Of a stretch of DNA of 32,000 nucleotides, positions 1 through 7,223 are shown one piece after another. Below the pieces are notes generated by a model, which did no database searches, was not told where the DNA came from, and saw only the letters and a list, made by a program, of their open reading frames with translations. Position 1 is the stretch's first letter, and the number at the start of each line of letters is the position of its first letter. The DNA is taken from positions 584,950 through 616,949 of the forward strand of contig CAJTLN010000001.1 of the NCBI GenBank assembly GCA_910577505.1, read 5' to 3'. Made by a program: the position numbers and the translations under genes. Source of the stretch: an uncultured Bacilli bacterium. GTDB lineage: Bacteria; Bacillota_I; Bacilli_A; RF39; UBA660.

Positions 1-11
1 TATTTGATTTT

Positions 12-869
12 TTACTTATTAAATAATTCTTTCAACTTATTGCTAAATCTTTTTCTCAAACTCATTTTACTATCTTTAGAAGGACATCCTAAAATTTTCT
101 CATTATCACTAATTGCTTGTTTTTCTTGTTCTTCTCTTTCTTCTGGTGTAATTATTCTATTAGTAACAATAAGACTCTTTTTGTCTTCACTTAACTTGTT
201 AGTACTTTCAAAATCTCCAAAAAATTCATTTTTATTTGTATTTTCAGTAATTGATAAAGCTTGAGCAGATTGTAAAAATCCCATTGGAATAACTTCACTA
301 AGATTTAAATCTTTTCCATCTTTTCTACTAATTAAAAATTGTACAGGATTTAAACCTTGTCTTGCAACATAAGGAAATTCGTCATTATCGCCAGTTAGAC
401 TAAAACCATCTACATCAGGTACTTCAGGAATTGGTACACTTAAATGTCCTTGTTTTATCCATAATATATCTCTTATAGAAAGCATTTTGTGTTCTAAAGC
501 TTCATGTTTTAATTCTAAAGCTACCAATTCTTCATCTGTTAACTTACCAACACTATCATTATGTTCTTTAGCAACTTGATTCATTTCATCACCCAATGCA
601 TAGCCTTGATCCATAATTTCCTTTTCTGACATATCTCTATATTTTTTATAATTAACAATCCAATCTAATTCTTTAAAGAAATCTATTTCATGTGGTTCAG
701 TAAATTCTTCAAATTTATATCGATTATCATCATTAACAATGAATATATTATAAAAAAATCTTTTCATTATACTTACAGGGATAGCTTCTCCAAAATCCAT
801 TAATCTTGCTATATCATTTAATTGTACATAAACTTTTTTAATACCTTTTTCTTCATTAAATATTTTCAT
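12..869 (-). CDS. hypothetical protein (285 aa), no recognisable family
   Basis: Long ORF on the minus strand. GGAGGA-type RBS (plus-strand tcctcc at about 879-884) lies just upstream of the ATG at 869. No motif I can name. Confidence 0.6.
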   Translation of the reverse strand: MKIFNEEKGIKKVYVQLNDIARLMDFGEAIPVSIMKRFFYNIFIVNDDNRYKFEEFTEPHEIDFFKELDWIVNYKKYRDMSEKEIMDQGYALGDEMNQVAKEHNDSVGKLTDEELVALELKHEALEHKMLSIRDILWIKQGHLSVPIPEVPDVDGFSLTGDNDEFPYVARQGLNPVQFLISRKDGKDLNLSEVIPMGFLQSAQALSITENTNKNEFFGDFESTNKLSEDKKSLIVTNRIITPEEREEQEKQAISDNEKILGCPSKDSKMSLRKRFSNKLKELFNK

Positions 870-965
870 CTCAAAATCCTCCTTTCAAATATCTTATCAT
901 AAATTAAAGTACTTATGAAATAATATAATTTACGTGAATTTAGACTTTATATAAAATATACTTAA

Positions 966-995
966 TTGACAAAATATAATGCTTATATTTATAAT
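966..995 (+). promoter_or_regulatory. sigma-A type promoter for the repeat lipoprotein gene
   Basis: TTGACA at 966-971, 18-nt spacer, TATAAT at 990-995. It lies inside the 5' extension of the track ORF starting at 979, which argues that the real start is the ATG at 1021. Confidence 0.55.
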
Positions 996-1020
996 ATCTT
1001 TTATTGTAGGAGTGGATAAT

Positions 1021-2943
1021 ATGATAATAAAAATTAATTCAGAGAACATAAAAAAATTAAACAGACGAAAGAAAAGAACAAGAGTATCAAGTTTATTATT
1101 AGGTGGAATATTAACAGCATCTTTATTAACAGGATGTAATAAGACAATTGTCGATACAAAATATGGTTTCGATAAAGCTCTTATTCTAGGTGATGATACA
1201 TCAGTAATTTTAGACGTTGCTAATTGGCTAGATTATGAAGGTGAACAACTTCAAGTTATTACAGATGATAATATGGCAATTTTAACATCAAGTTTTGATA
1301 CTAATGCTTTTTATGGTCGAAGCGAGACTTATTCTATAAATGAAGTTGCCAACTCTTCAATTACAGAAGATGGTAAAGTTTATGACTATTCACGTGAAGA
1401 TGAAAATACATCTTTGTATAATAAAGCCTTCTTTGATGGAACATGGGCTTATAATAAAGCTGTAGTATTTAATGGTAATCGTGCTTTGATTTTACCAGTA
1501 GATGGTTGGAAAGATTATGAAGGTGAACAACTACAAGTTGTTTGTCCTAATGGTTTAGCTTTAAACTTATGTAGTTATAATACAAAATTAATTAATGACC
1601 AAAAGAGTACTATGAAAGCATGTGACTTTGCTTCTGCTTATGTTGGAAGTGATGGTAATGTAACAGATTTATCTGAAAATGATTACAAACTATTCAATTA
1701 TGATCTATTAGATTTTCATTTTGGTTTTAATAAAGCGATAATTTTAAAAGATAATTCAGCTGTAATTCTACCTGTTAATGAGTGGTGTGACTATGAGGGA
1801 GAGCAAATACAGATTAACATTAGTAACGGACCGACTATTTTAAGTGCAGCATATTCAACTATTTTAGTTAATGATATTGAATCTGACATTAAAGCAGATC
1901 AAGTTGCCGAAACTTTAATAAATAATGGGCAAGTATATGATTTAACAACTGGATATGATTATAGTAGACCAATTTATTTCAATGGAACACTTCTAGATTT
2001 AAATTATGGATATACAAATGGTATAGTTTCAAATGCTGATAGTGCAGCATCTTTTAGAGTAGATAAATGGAATGATTATGAAGGAGAACAACTTCAAGTA
2101 AAACTGCCTTCCGGAGATGTCTTATTAACTTCATCAAAATTTTTAAATTTAGTTAATGGAGGAACAAAAGAAATAAATGCTAGTACTCTTGCTTCTATGT
2201 TTGGAATAAAAATTCTAGATTATTCCAAAGGAAATACTGACTCAACATTTCATAATAAATATATATTTGATGCTGAAATAAAATTCAAATATGCTCTTAA
2301 AGTAGTAGATGGTAATGTTACAATAATTCCACTAAAAAGTTGGCAAGACTTCTATAATACAGATGGCAAAAAAGGTCACAATGAAAATAAATATCCTTTT
2401 AAGAGAAATTATAACTCTGGCGATTTAAGTCGTACTTTAGATTTCCTACTAAATGATGATGAAAATGAAGATGAAGAAGAAAAAAGTGCTCCAAATTGTG
2501 AACAATTTCAATTAGTATTACCAGATGGAAGTGCTATCGTAACAACGTCTTATGATACGATTCTTGTAAATAATGTTACAGATATAAAAGAATTAGCTGA
2601 ATATTTTAGAGGAGAAGAAGGAGTAATAACCGACCTAACTCCATATGTTGGCGAACCAAGTGTTTCCTTTTGGAATCAATCCATTGTTGATACAAGATAT
2701 AAATTCACTCATGCAATTCTTAGCAATGGTGAAACTGCTCAAGTTTTTAGTGTCAAAAATTGGTTAGACTTTGTCGAAGGAGAACAATTACAAATTAATT
2801 TAAATGATAACACAGGATTTTTAACATCTTTTGTTAATACAACATTAGTTTCATCTAAAACTGAAGGACTAGAAGAAGTTTTAGCTTCTGCATTTAATGG
2901 TACTTTAGAAAATGGTCAAAGACTAATCAAAACTTATGATTAG
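1021..2943 (+). CDS. lipoprotein with six tandem ~94-aa repeats carrying a W-x-DYEGEQLQ[VI] core
   Basis: ATG at 1021 preceded by GGAGTGG (about 1009-1016). N-terminal basic region, hydrophobic stretch and lipobox L-T-G-C (Cys codon 1135-1137). The DYEGEQ motif recurs at nt 1231, 1513, 1789 and 2074, with degenerate copies at 2347 and 2767. Confidence 0.8.
   Translation: MIIKINSENIKKLNRRKKRTRVSSLLLGGILTASLLTGCNKTIVDTKYGFDKALILGDDTSVILDVANWLDYEGEQLQVITDDNMAILTSSFDTNAFYGRSETYSINEVANSSITEDGKVYDYSREDENTSLYNKAFFDGTWAYNKAVVFNGNRALILPVDGWKDYEGEQLQVVCPNGLALNLCSYNTKLINDQKSTMKACDFASAYVGSDGNVTDLSENDYKLFNYDLLDFHFGFNKAIILKDNSAVILPVNEWCDYEGEQIQINISNGPTILSAAYSTILVNDIESDIKADQVAETLINNGQVYDLTTGYDYSRPIYFNGTLLDLNYGYTNGIVSNADSAASFRVDKWNDYEGEQLQVKLPSGDVLLTSSKFLNLVNGGTKEINASTLASMFGIKILDYSKGNTDSTFHNKYIFDAEIKFKYALKVVDGNVTIIPLKSWQDFYNTDGKKGHNENKYPFKRNYNSGDLSRTLDFLLNDDENEDEEEKSAPNCEQFQLVLPDGSAIVTTSYDTILVNNVTDIKELAEYFRGEEGVITDLTPYVGEPSVSFWNQSIVDTRYKFTHAILSNGETAQVFSVKNWLDFVEGEQLQINLNDNTGFLTSFVNTTLVSSKTEGLEEVLASAFNGTLENGQRLIKTYD
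1159..2880 (+). repeat. intragenic tandem protein-level repeats, period about 276-285 nt (six units, approximate bounds)
   Basis: Repeat cores gattatgaaggtgaacaacttcaagtt (1231), gattatgaaggtgaacaactacaagtt (1513), gactatgagggagagcaaatacagatt (1789) and gattatgaaggagaacaacttcaagta (2074). Divergent units lie around 2347-2560 and 2767. Confidence 0.75.
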
Positions 2944-2968
2944 AACTCAAATCGTTGAGTTTTTTTTC
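2944..2968 (+). terminator. intrinsic terminator
   Basis: aactcaa (2944-2950) / ttgagtt (2955-2961) stem, 4-nt loop, then a T-run. Confidence 0.75.
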
Positions 2969-3009
2969 TTCTTTTATTATAATAAGCTTATATATGAGGA
3001 GGTAAGAGT

Positions 3010-3906
3010 ATGAAAGAATACTATATAGATTTAGGTTCATCTACTATAAAAGTTTATGAATATGAGCAGGAACTTAAACTAATAGAAGAACATTCAATTT
3101 ACTTTAAAAATAATTTTGATAGTGAAAAAGGTATAAGCCCTGAAAATTTAAAAGAACTATGTTCATATTTTGAAGAATTAAAAACAAAAAATAACCTTAA
3201 ATATGAAAATACACACATCTTTGTAACAGGTATTTTCAGAAACCTTTGTTATGAAAAAAAGACTGAATTAATTAAACTATTTAATGATAAATATGATTTA
3301 CATTTTAATATCATTTCCCATGGAATAGAAAATTATTACTTAGGTCGTGCTATGCAAAATAATTATAATGATAAAAAAGTTTTAATTATTAATATGGGTG
3401 GTAAAACTACTGAATTAGTTACATTTAAAGGAATAAATATTATTGCAACAGAAAATCTAAACATAGGTGTCGCTGATTTGTTAAATAATTTTGCTAAAGT
3501 TAATGATGAAACAAGTGGCGATACAGTAGAAGATATGACATCTTTTGTAAATGAAAAAATAGCTAATATTAATTTTGATACAGATTATGATTGTGCTATA
3601 TTCACTGGTGGAGAAGAAAGATTTGAATTATTAACAGAATTTAATTTAGTTCCAAACACTTTATTTGAAGATGGAATACATAAGTATATGGTAAGTTTAG
3701 AAGATTATATTAAAGGAACAGAAAAAGTATTCTACAATATGACAATGAAAGACTTATATAGATTAATGCCACAAAATCCAAAATGGATGGATGGTGCTAG
3801 AAGTGGGGCAATCTTACCACTTGCTATATTTAAAAAAGCCAATATTAAATGGATAGTTCCATCTGATTTAAATTTAATAAATGGTGTTATAAACGATAAT
3901 AAATAG
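3010..3906 (+). CDS. ASKHA-fold protein, Ppx/GppA phosphatase-like
   Basis: GAGGAGG RBS. N-terminal IDLGSSTIKV resembles the DxGSNS phosphate-1 motif. ISHGIENYY and NMGGKTTEL resemble the ISGxEEA and DIGGGSTE motifs of the Ppx/GppA family. Family call is from motif memory only. Confidence 0.45.
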   Translation: MKEYYIDLGSSTIKVYEYEQELKLIEEHSIYFKNNFDSEKGISPENLKELCSYFEELKTKNNLKYENTHIFVTGIFRNLCYEKKTELIKLFNDKYDLHFNIISHGIENYYLGRAMQNNYNDKKVLIINMGGKTTELVTFKGINIIATENLNIGVADLLNNFAKVNDETSGDTVEDMTSFVNEKIANINFDTDYDCAIFTGGEERFELLTEFNLVPNTLFEDGIHKYMVSLEDYIKGTEKVFYNMTMKDLYRLMPQNPKWMDGARSGAILPLAIFKKANIKWIVPSDLNLINGVINDNK

Positions 3907-3917
3907 GAGAGTATTTT

Positions 3918-4322
3918 ATGAAAGAAACATTTGAATTTTTAAAAACAAGAACACAAGTAAATTATGTAACAACAATAAACGGAGATAAACCAAGCTGTCG
4001 ACCATTTGGTGACCCAGTTCTATTTGATAATAAAATATATGCTTTAACTAGTAAAACTAAAGAAGTATCAAAACAAATTGCTCAAAATAATAACGTATGC
4101 ATTGTTGCATATGATGGAACTGAATGGATTAGAATTAATTGTAAACTTATAGATGATAGTGAAAATATTGCTGCTAAAAAAGCTATTATTAACGAATTCG
4201 ATTGGGCTGAAGAAGCAGGATATACATTAGATAATCCTAATTTCCAAGTTCTTTATATTGCTGACGCTACATCAAAAATATATGATGAAGAAGGAAATGT
4301 AAAAGAGGAGTATAAATTCTAG
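3918..4322 (+). CDS. pyridoxamine 5'-phosphate oxidase-like FMN-binding split-barrel protein (general stress protein 26-like)
   Basis: AGGAGA RBS. Size and the N-terminal pattern (FLKT...VNYVTTINGDKPSCRPFG...FDNKIY) are typical of small PNPOx-family proteins. Confidence 0.45.
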   Translation: MKETFEFLKTRTQVNYVTTINGDKPSCRPFGDPVLFDNKIYALTSKTKEVSKQIAQNNNVCIVAYDGTEWIRINCKLIDDSENIAAKKAIINEFDWAEEAGYTLDNPNFQVLYIADATSKIYDEEGNVKEEYKF

Positions 4323-4349
4323 TAAAAATAAATATTCATATAATTTTAT

Positions 4350-4712
4350 ATGAACAATAAAATAGAAGAGTTAGAATTTGAAAAAATATTATGGTGGATA
4401 GTTATATTTGCTGCTGCACTAAGTATTTATGGAGATAATTTAGAAGAACAATTTATCATAAAAAACGATTTAAATGCCGAAAAAGAATCTAAGAGTATTT
4501 TTATCTTTACGATTACAATTTCTATCTTAATATATTTATATTATGTTAATAGGAATTACAAACAATATGAATTGTCTAAATATATAAATGATGATAATAC
4601 AAATCTTCATCTAATTAGATTAGCGGGAAGTATTCTAATTGTTGTTGGAGCTATATTCATTCTTTATTTTGAAGTAAATGAAAAAAGACCAGTAGGAAGC
4701 CCCGCAATATAA
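4350..4712 (+). CDS. small membrane protein (about 3 hydrophobic segments)
   Basis: ORF with hydrophobic stretches WWIVIFAAALSIY, IFIFTITISILIYLYY and AGSILIVVGAIFILYF. No clear RBS upstream. Confidence 0.45.
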   Translation: MNNKIEELEFEKILWWIVIFAAALSIYGDNLEEQFIIKNDLNAEKESKSIFIFTITISILIYLYYVNRNYKQYELSKYINDDNTNLHLIRLAGSILIVVGAIFILYFEVNEKRPVGSPAI

Positions 4713-4725
4713 AGGAGGAGAATAT

Positions 4726-5130
4726 ATGAATGTTGTAGGAACAATGTTTTTTAAAGACAATAAAATTTTAATTGATAAGCCTCGTAAAAGAGCAACATAT
4801 CAAATGGTAGGTGGTGGAGTAGAAGAAAATGAAACACCATTAGAAGCGGCAATTCGTGAATGCCATGAAGAACTAGGTTCAAAAGCTATTTTTGATGAAA
4901 GTAATTTTGAATTAATAATGGACTTTGATGAAATAGCAACAAGTGATCAAAACAAAAAAATCCATTTCTATGTTTATAAATATAAAGGAGCTTTAGAAGG
5001 AACTTTAACAGAGTCTGAAGAAATAGAAAAATTTTTATGGTATGATTCATCTTATGGAACAGATATTCTATCTAATACTTTAAAAAATGAAGTTATTCCA
5101 TATTGCTTAACAAACAATCTTATTAAATAA
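4726..5130 (+). CDS. NUDIX hydrolase
   Basis: AAGGAGG RBS. Nudix box GGVEENETPLEAAIRECHEELG fits Gx5Ex7REUxEExGU. Confidence 0.85.
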   Translation: MNVVGTMFFKDNKILIDKPRKRATYQMVGGGVEENETPLEAAIRECHEELGSKAIFDESNFELIMDFDEIATSDQNKKIHFYVYKYKGALEGTLTESEEIEKFLWYDSSYGTDILSNTLKNEVIPYCLTNNLIK

Positions 5131-5187
5131 AAGTACTATTATAATAATCTGAAAAATGATAAAATACTATTATAGAGAAGTGATAAT

Positions 5188-6078
5188 ATGAAAAAAAATT
5201 TAAAAGGAATAACAGTACCATATCTTTATTATAATAAGAAAAAAAATTATACTTGTTATATATACAAAGATCAAGAATATACAGATTTATCTAAACTTTT
5301 TATAGATTTTTTAGGAGCTTATTTAACATATCATTTTAATATAAATGACAAAACATATGAAGTTCATAATCTTAGTGAAGTTCTAGAAAACTTGATAAAA
5401 AACAAAAAGAATTTTTCTATTCCAGATAAATATAAAAAAGAATATAGTAAAGAAGAATTTAAATATATAAAAAATCTTCAAGATAAACTAATTAATGAAA
5501 AACTAAAAATAGCAAACAATCAAATCTTTGAATATAAATTTACTATAAAAAATCTTAAAGAATATCGTTTGTATAAATTCACAAAAGAAGTATTTGAAAA
5601 ATATAAAAAAGTATCAGTTCCTAAAAAGATTCATTCTAATATCTATAATCATGATTATTATGTAGTAGCAGGTAATGCATACGAATCTATATATCATGCA
5701 TTAGATGAAGTATTTAATGATTCTTTATATTATCAATTTGGTGGAACGAAAAAAGAAAATAATCGTAGTCATTTTCATTCCCATAGTTTTGACGATTTAA
5801 TATCATTAATTTTCAAAAAATCTAGTAAATTTAAAATTCATATATTTCAACAACAATTTTATAGTAAACAAGAACTAGATTTTTTAAACAAATTAGCTGA
5901 TAAATTAAAGAAAATGAAATTTCATAGTGTTGAAAGAGATATAGATGAGTTAGAATATGAAGAATACTTTTATTTGAAAGATAATAAAAAATACTTAAGT
6001 CTACTAATGCATAATATAAGATTTTACAAAGAAGATAAGAATTATCAAAAAGAAGTATTAGAAAGTCATAAACTATAG
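5188..6078 (+). CDS. hypothetical protein (296 aa) with apparent internal two-fold duplication
   Basis: Long ORF. The two halves share the pattern ...L..F.D.L.Y.F...H..S...LI...K..F.I...YSK.E....KL.DKL. Confidence 0.55.
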   Translation: MKKNLKGITVPYLYYNKKKNYTCYIYKDQEYTDLSKLFIDFLGAYLTYHFNINDKTYEVHNLSEVLENLIKNKKNFSIPDKYKKEYSKEEFKYIKNLQDKLINEKLKIANNQIFEYKFTIKNLKEYRLYKFTKEVFEKYKKVSVPKKIHSNIYNHDYYVVAGNAYESIYHALDEVFNDSLYYQFGGTKKENNRSHFHSHSFDDLISLIFKKSSKFKIHIFQQQFYSKQELDFLNKLADKLKKMKFHSVERDIDELEYEEYFYLKDNKKYLSLLMHNIRFYKEDKNYQKEVLESHKL

Positions 6079-6083
6079 TTAAT

Positions 6084-6115
6084 AAAGAGCTAAAAACTAA
6101 GCTCTTTTATTTTTT
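6084..6115 (+). terminator. intrinsic terminator
   Basis: aaagagct (6084-6091) / agctcttt (6100-6107) stem followed by a T-run. Confidence 0.75.
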
Positions 6116-6184
6116 AAAAATAAAACCTTTTAAAGTTTATATTTTTAATATATAATAATACTTACTTGGAAAGTTGGTGCAATT

Positions 6185-6841
6185 ATGGAATTTAACAAAA
6201 TAGAATATGAACAAGGATATACAACAATAAAATTAGAAACTCCCACAAGTGCTTTAGATATAATGTATGGTGGTAATGGGGATTTATATTGGAATATTCT
6301 ATCTAAAGTAAAAGATGATTCAGAAAGACATTTCTTTACAATTACAAAGGAAAATTATGAAGTATTTTTAATATTTAGTAATTTATTTAGAAGAATAGAT
6401 GAATGTGAAATATATACAGTTGATCCACTAGAAGAAGAATTATGCTTTAGTGCTGAAGAAAGAAAAGAATTATATGAAAGAACAAGAAATCTTAATGAAG
6501 ATTTAAGTACAAAACCTGTATATGAATGTTTATGTTCTAATACTTCAGATACAATTACTTGGCATAGTGATGATGCACCATATGGTGAAGGGAATATTTT
6601 AAGAATATCTAGAAGTCGTGATAAAGAAAGATTTTTAATTGAAATAATAAAAAGAGATTTAAATAAAGATGATATTAGTGTTGAAATAAGCAATTCAGGG
6701 AGTCGCTATCAACCATTTAATATACCTTTTATGGAGCATTATAATGATTTAAATGCTATTGATCCTAATTATCATCAAATTCATATAGAAGAGATTTTAT
6801 ATCACAAAAGATTAACAAAGACTAGAAAAGAATCTAAATAA
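6185..6841 (+). CDS. hypothetical protein (218 aa)
   Basis: Long ORF with its own terminator. No recognisable motif. Confidence 0.55.
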   Translation: MEFNKIEYEQGYTTIKLETPTSALDIMYGGNGDLYWNILSKVKDDSERHFFTITKENYEVFLIFSNLFRRIDECEIYTVDPLEEELCFSAEERKELYERTRNLNEDLSTKPVYECLCSNTSDTITWHSDDAPYGEGNILRISRSRDKERFLIEIIKRDLNKDDISVEISNSGSRYQPFNIPFMEHYNDLNAIDPNYHQIHIEEILYHKRLTKTRKESK

Positions 6842-6856
6842 TTAGATTCTTTTTTC
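6827..6856 (+). terminator. intrinsic terminator overlapping the stop codon
   Basis: aaagaatctaa (6827-6837) / ttagattcttt (6842-6852) stem, 4-nt loop, T-run. Confidence 0.75.
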
Positions 6857-6912
6857 TTGACCAATAACATATATTCAAATATAATATAAATATATGAACA
6901 CATATTCATATA
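6857..6912 (+). promoter_or_regulatory. promoter plus candidate ArsR/SmtB operator
   Basis: TTGACC at 6857-6862, 17-nt spacer, TATAAT at 6880-6885. Inverted repeat tatatgaa (6891-6898) N6 ttcatata (6905-6912) lies immediately downstream, where a repressor would block transcription. Confidence 0.55.
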
Positions 6913-6929
6913 TAAAAGGAGAAATATTT

Positions 6930-7223
6930 ATGAAATTATTAAATGAAGATAAAGTTATCGATTTATCTGAATTATTTAAAATATTTGGTGATTCAACCAG
7001 AGTAAAAATAATAAATGTTTTATTACACAATGAACTTTGTGTCAATGATATATCAGAACAAATAAATGTAAGTCAGTCAGCTGTATCACATCAATTACGT
7101 ATTTTAAAACAATCTAAATTAGTAAAATATCGTAAAGATGGTCAAACTATATACTACAGTCTTGATGATGATCATGTTGAAAAAATATTTATGATGGGAG
7201 TTGAACACATTGACGAAGTATAA
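6930..7223 (+). CDS. ArsR/SmtB-family metal-responsive repressor (alpha5-site type)
   Basis: AAAGGAG RBS then ATG at 6930 (the track start at 6894 is less likely). Winged-helix signature ELCVNDISEQINVSQSAVSHQLRILKQSKLV. C-terminal DDDHVEKIFMMGVEHIDE fits the SmtB/CzrA alpha5 ligand spacing D-x-H-x10-H-x2-E. Confidence 0.85.
   Translation: MKLLNEDKVIDLSELFKIFGDSTRVKIINVLLHNELCVNDISEQINVSQSAVSHQLRILKQSKLVKYRKDGQTIYYSLDDDHVEKIFMMGVEHIDEV

Noticed and set aside
4-264. Plus-strand ORF (86 aa) at the left edge
   Set aside because: It lies entirely antisense to the longer minus-strand ORF 12..869. It has a low-complexity Leu/Ser/Phe-rich translation typical of shadow frames in AT-rich DNA, and no RBS.
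979-1020. Upstream extension of the lipoprotein ORF (track start at 979)
   Set aside because: The extension overlaps the TTGACA/TATAAT promoter (966-995) and has no RBS. The ATG at 1021 has GGAGTGG upstream and gives a normal lipoprotein signal peptide.
1231-2800. Periodic ~280-nt DNA repeats considered as a CRISPR-like or satellite array
   Set aside because: They lie in one continuous reading frame and are conserved at the protein level (DYEGEQLQV) with synonymous differences. This is an intragenic protein repeat, not a CRISPR array.
6355-6693. Minus-strand ORF (112 aa) inside 6185..6841
   Set aside because: Antisense shadow ORF with a Ser/Leu-rich translation and no RBS or promoter.
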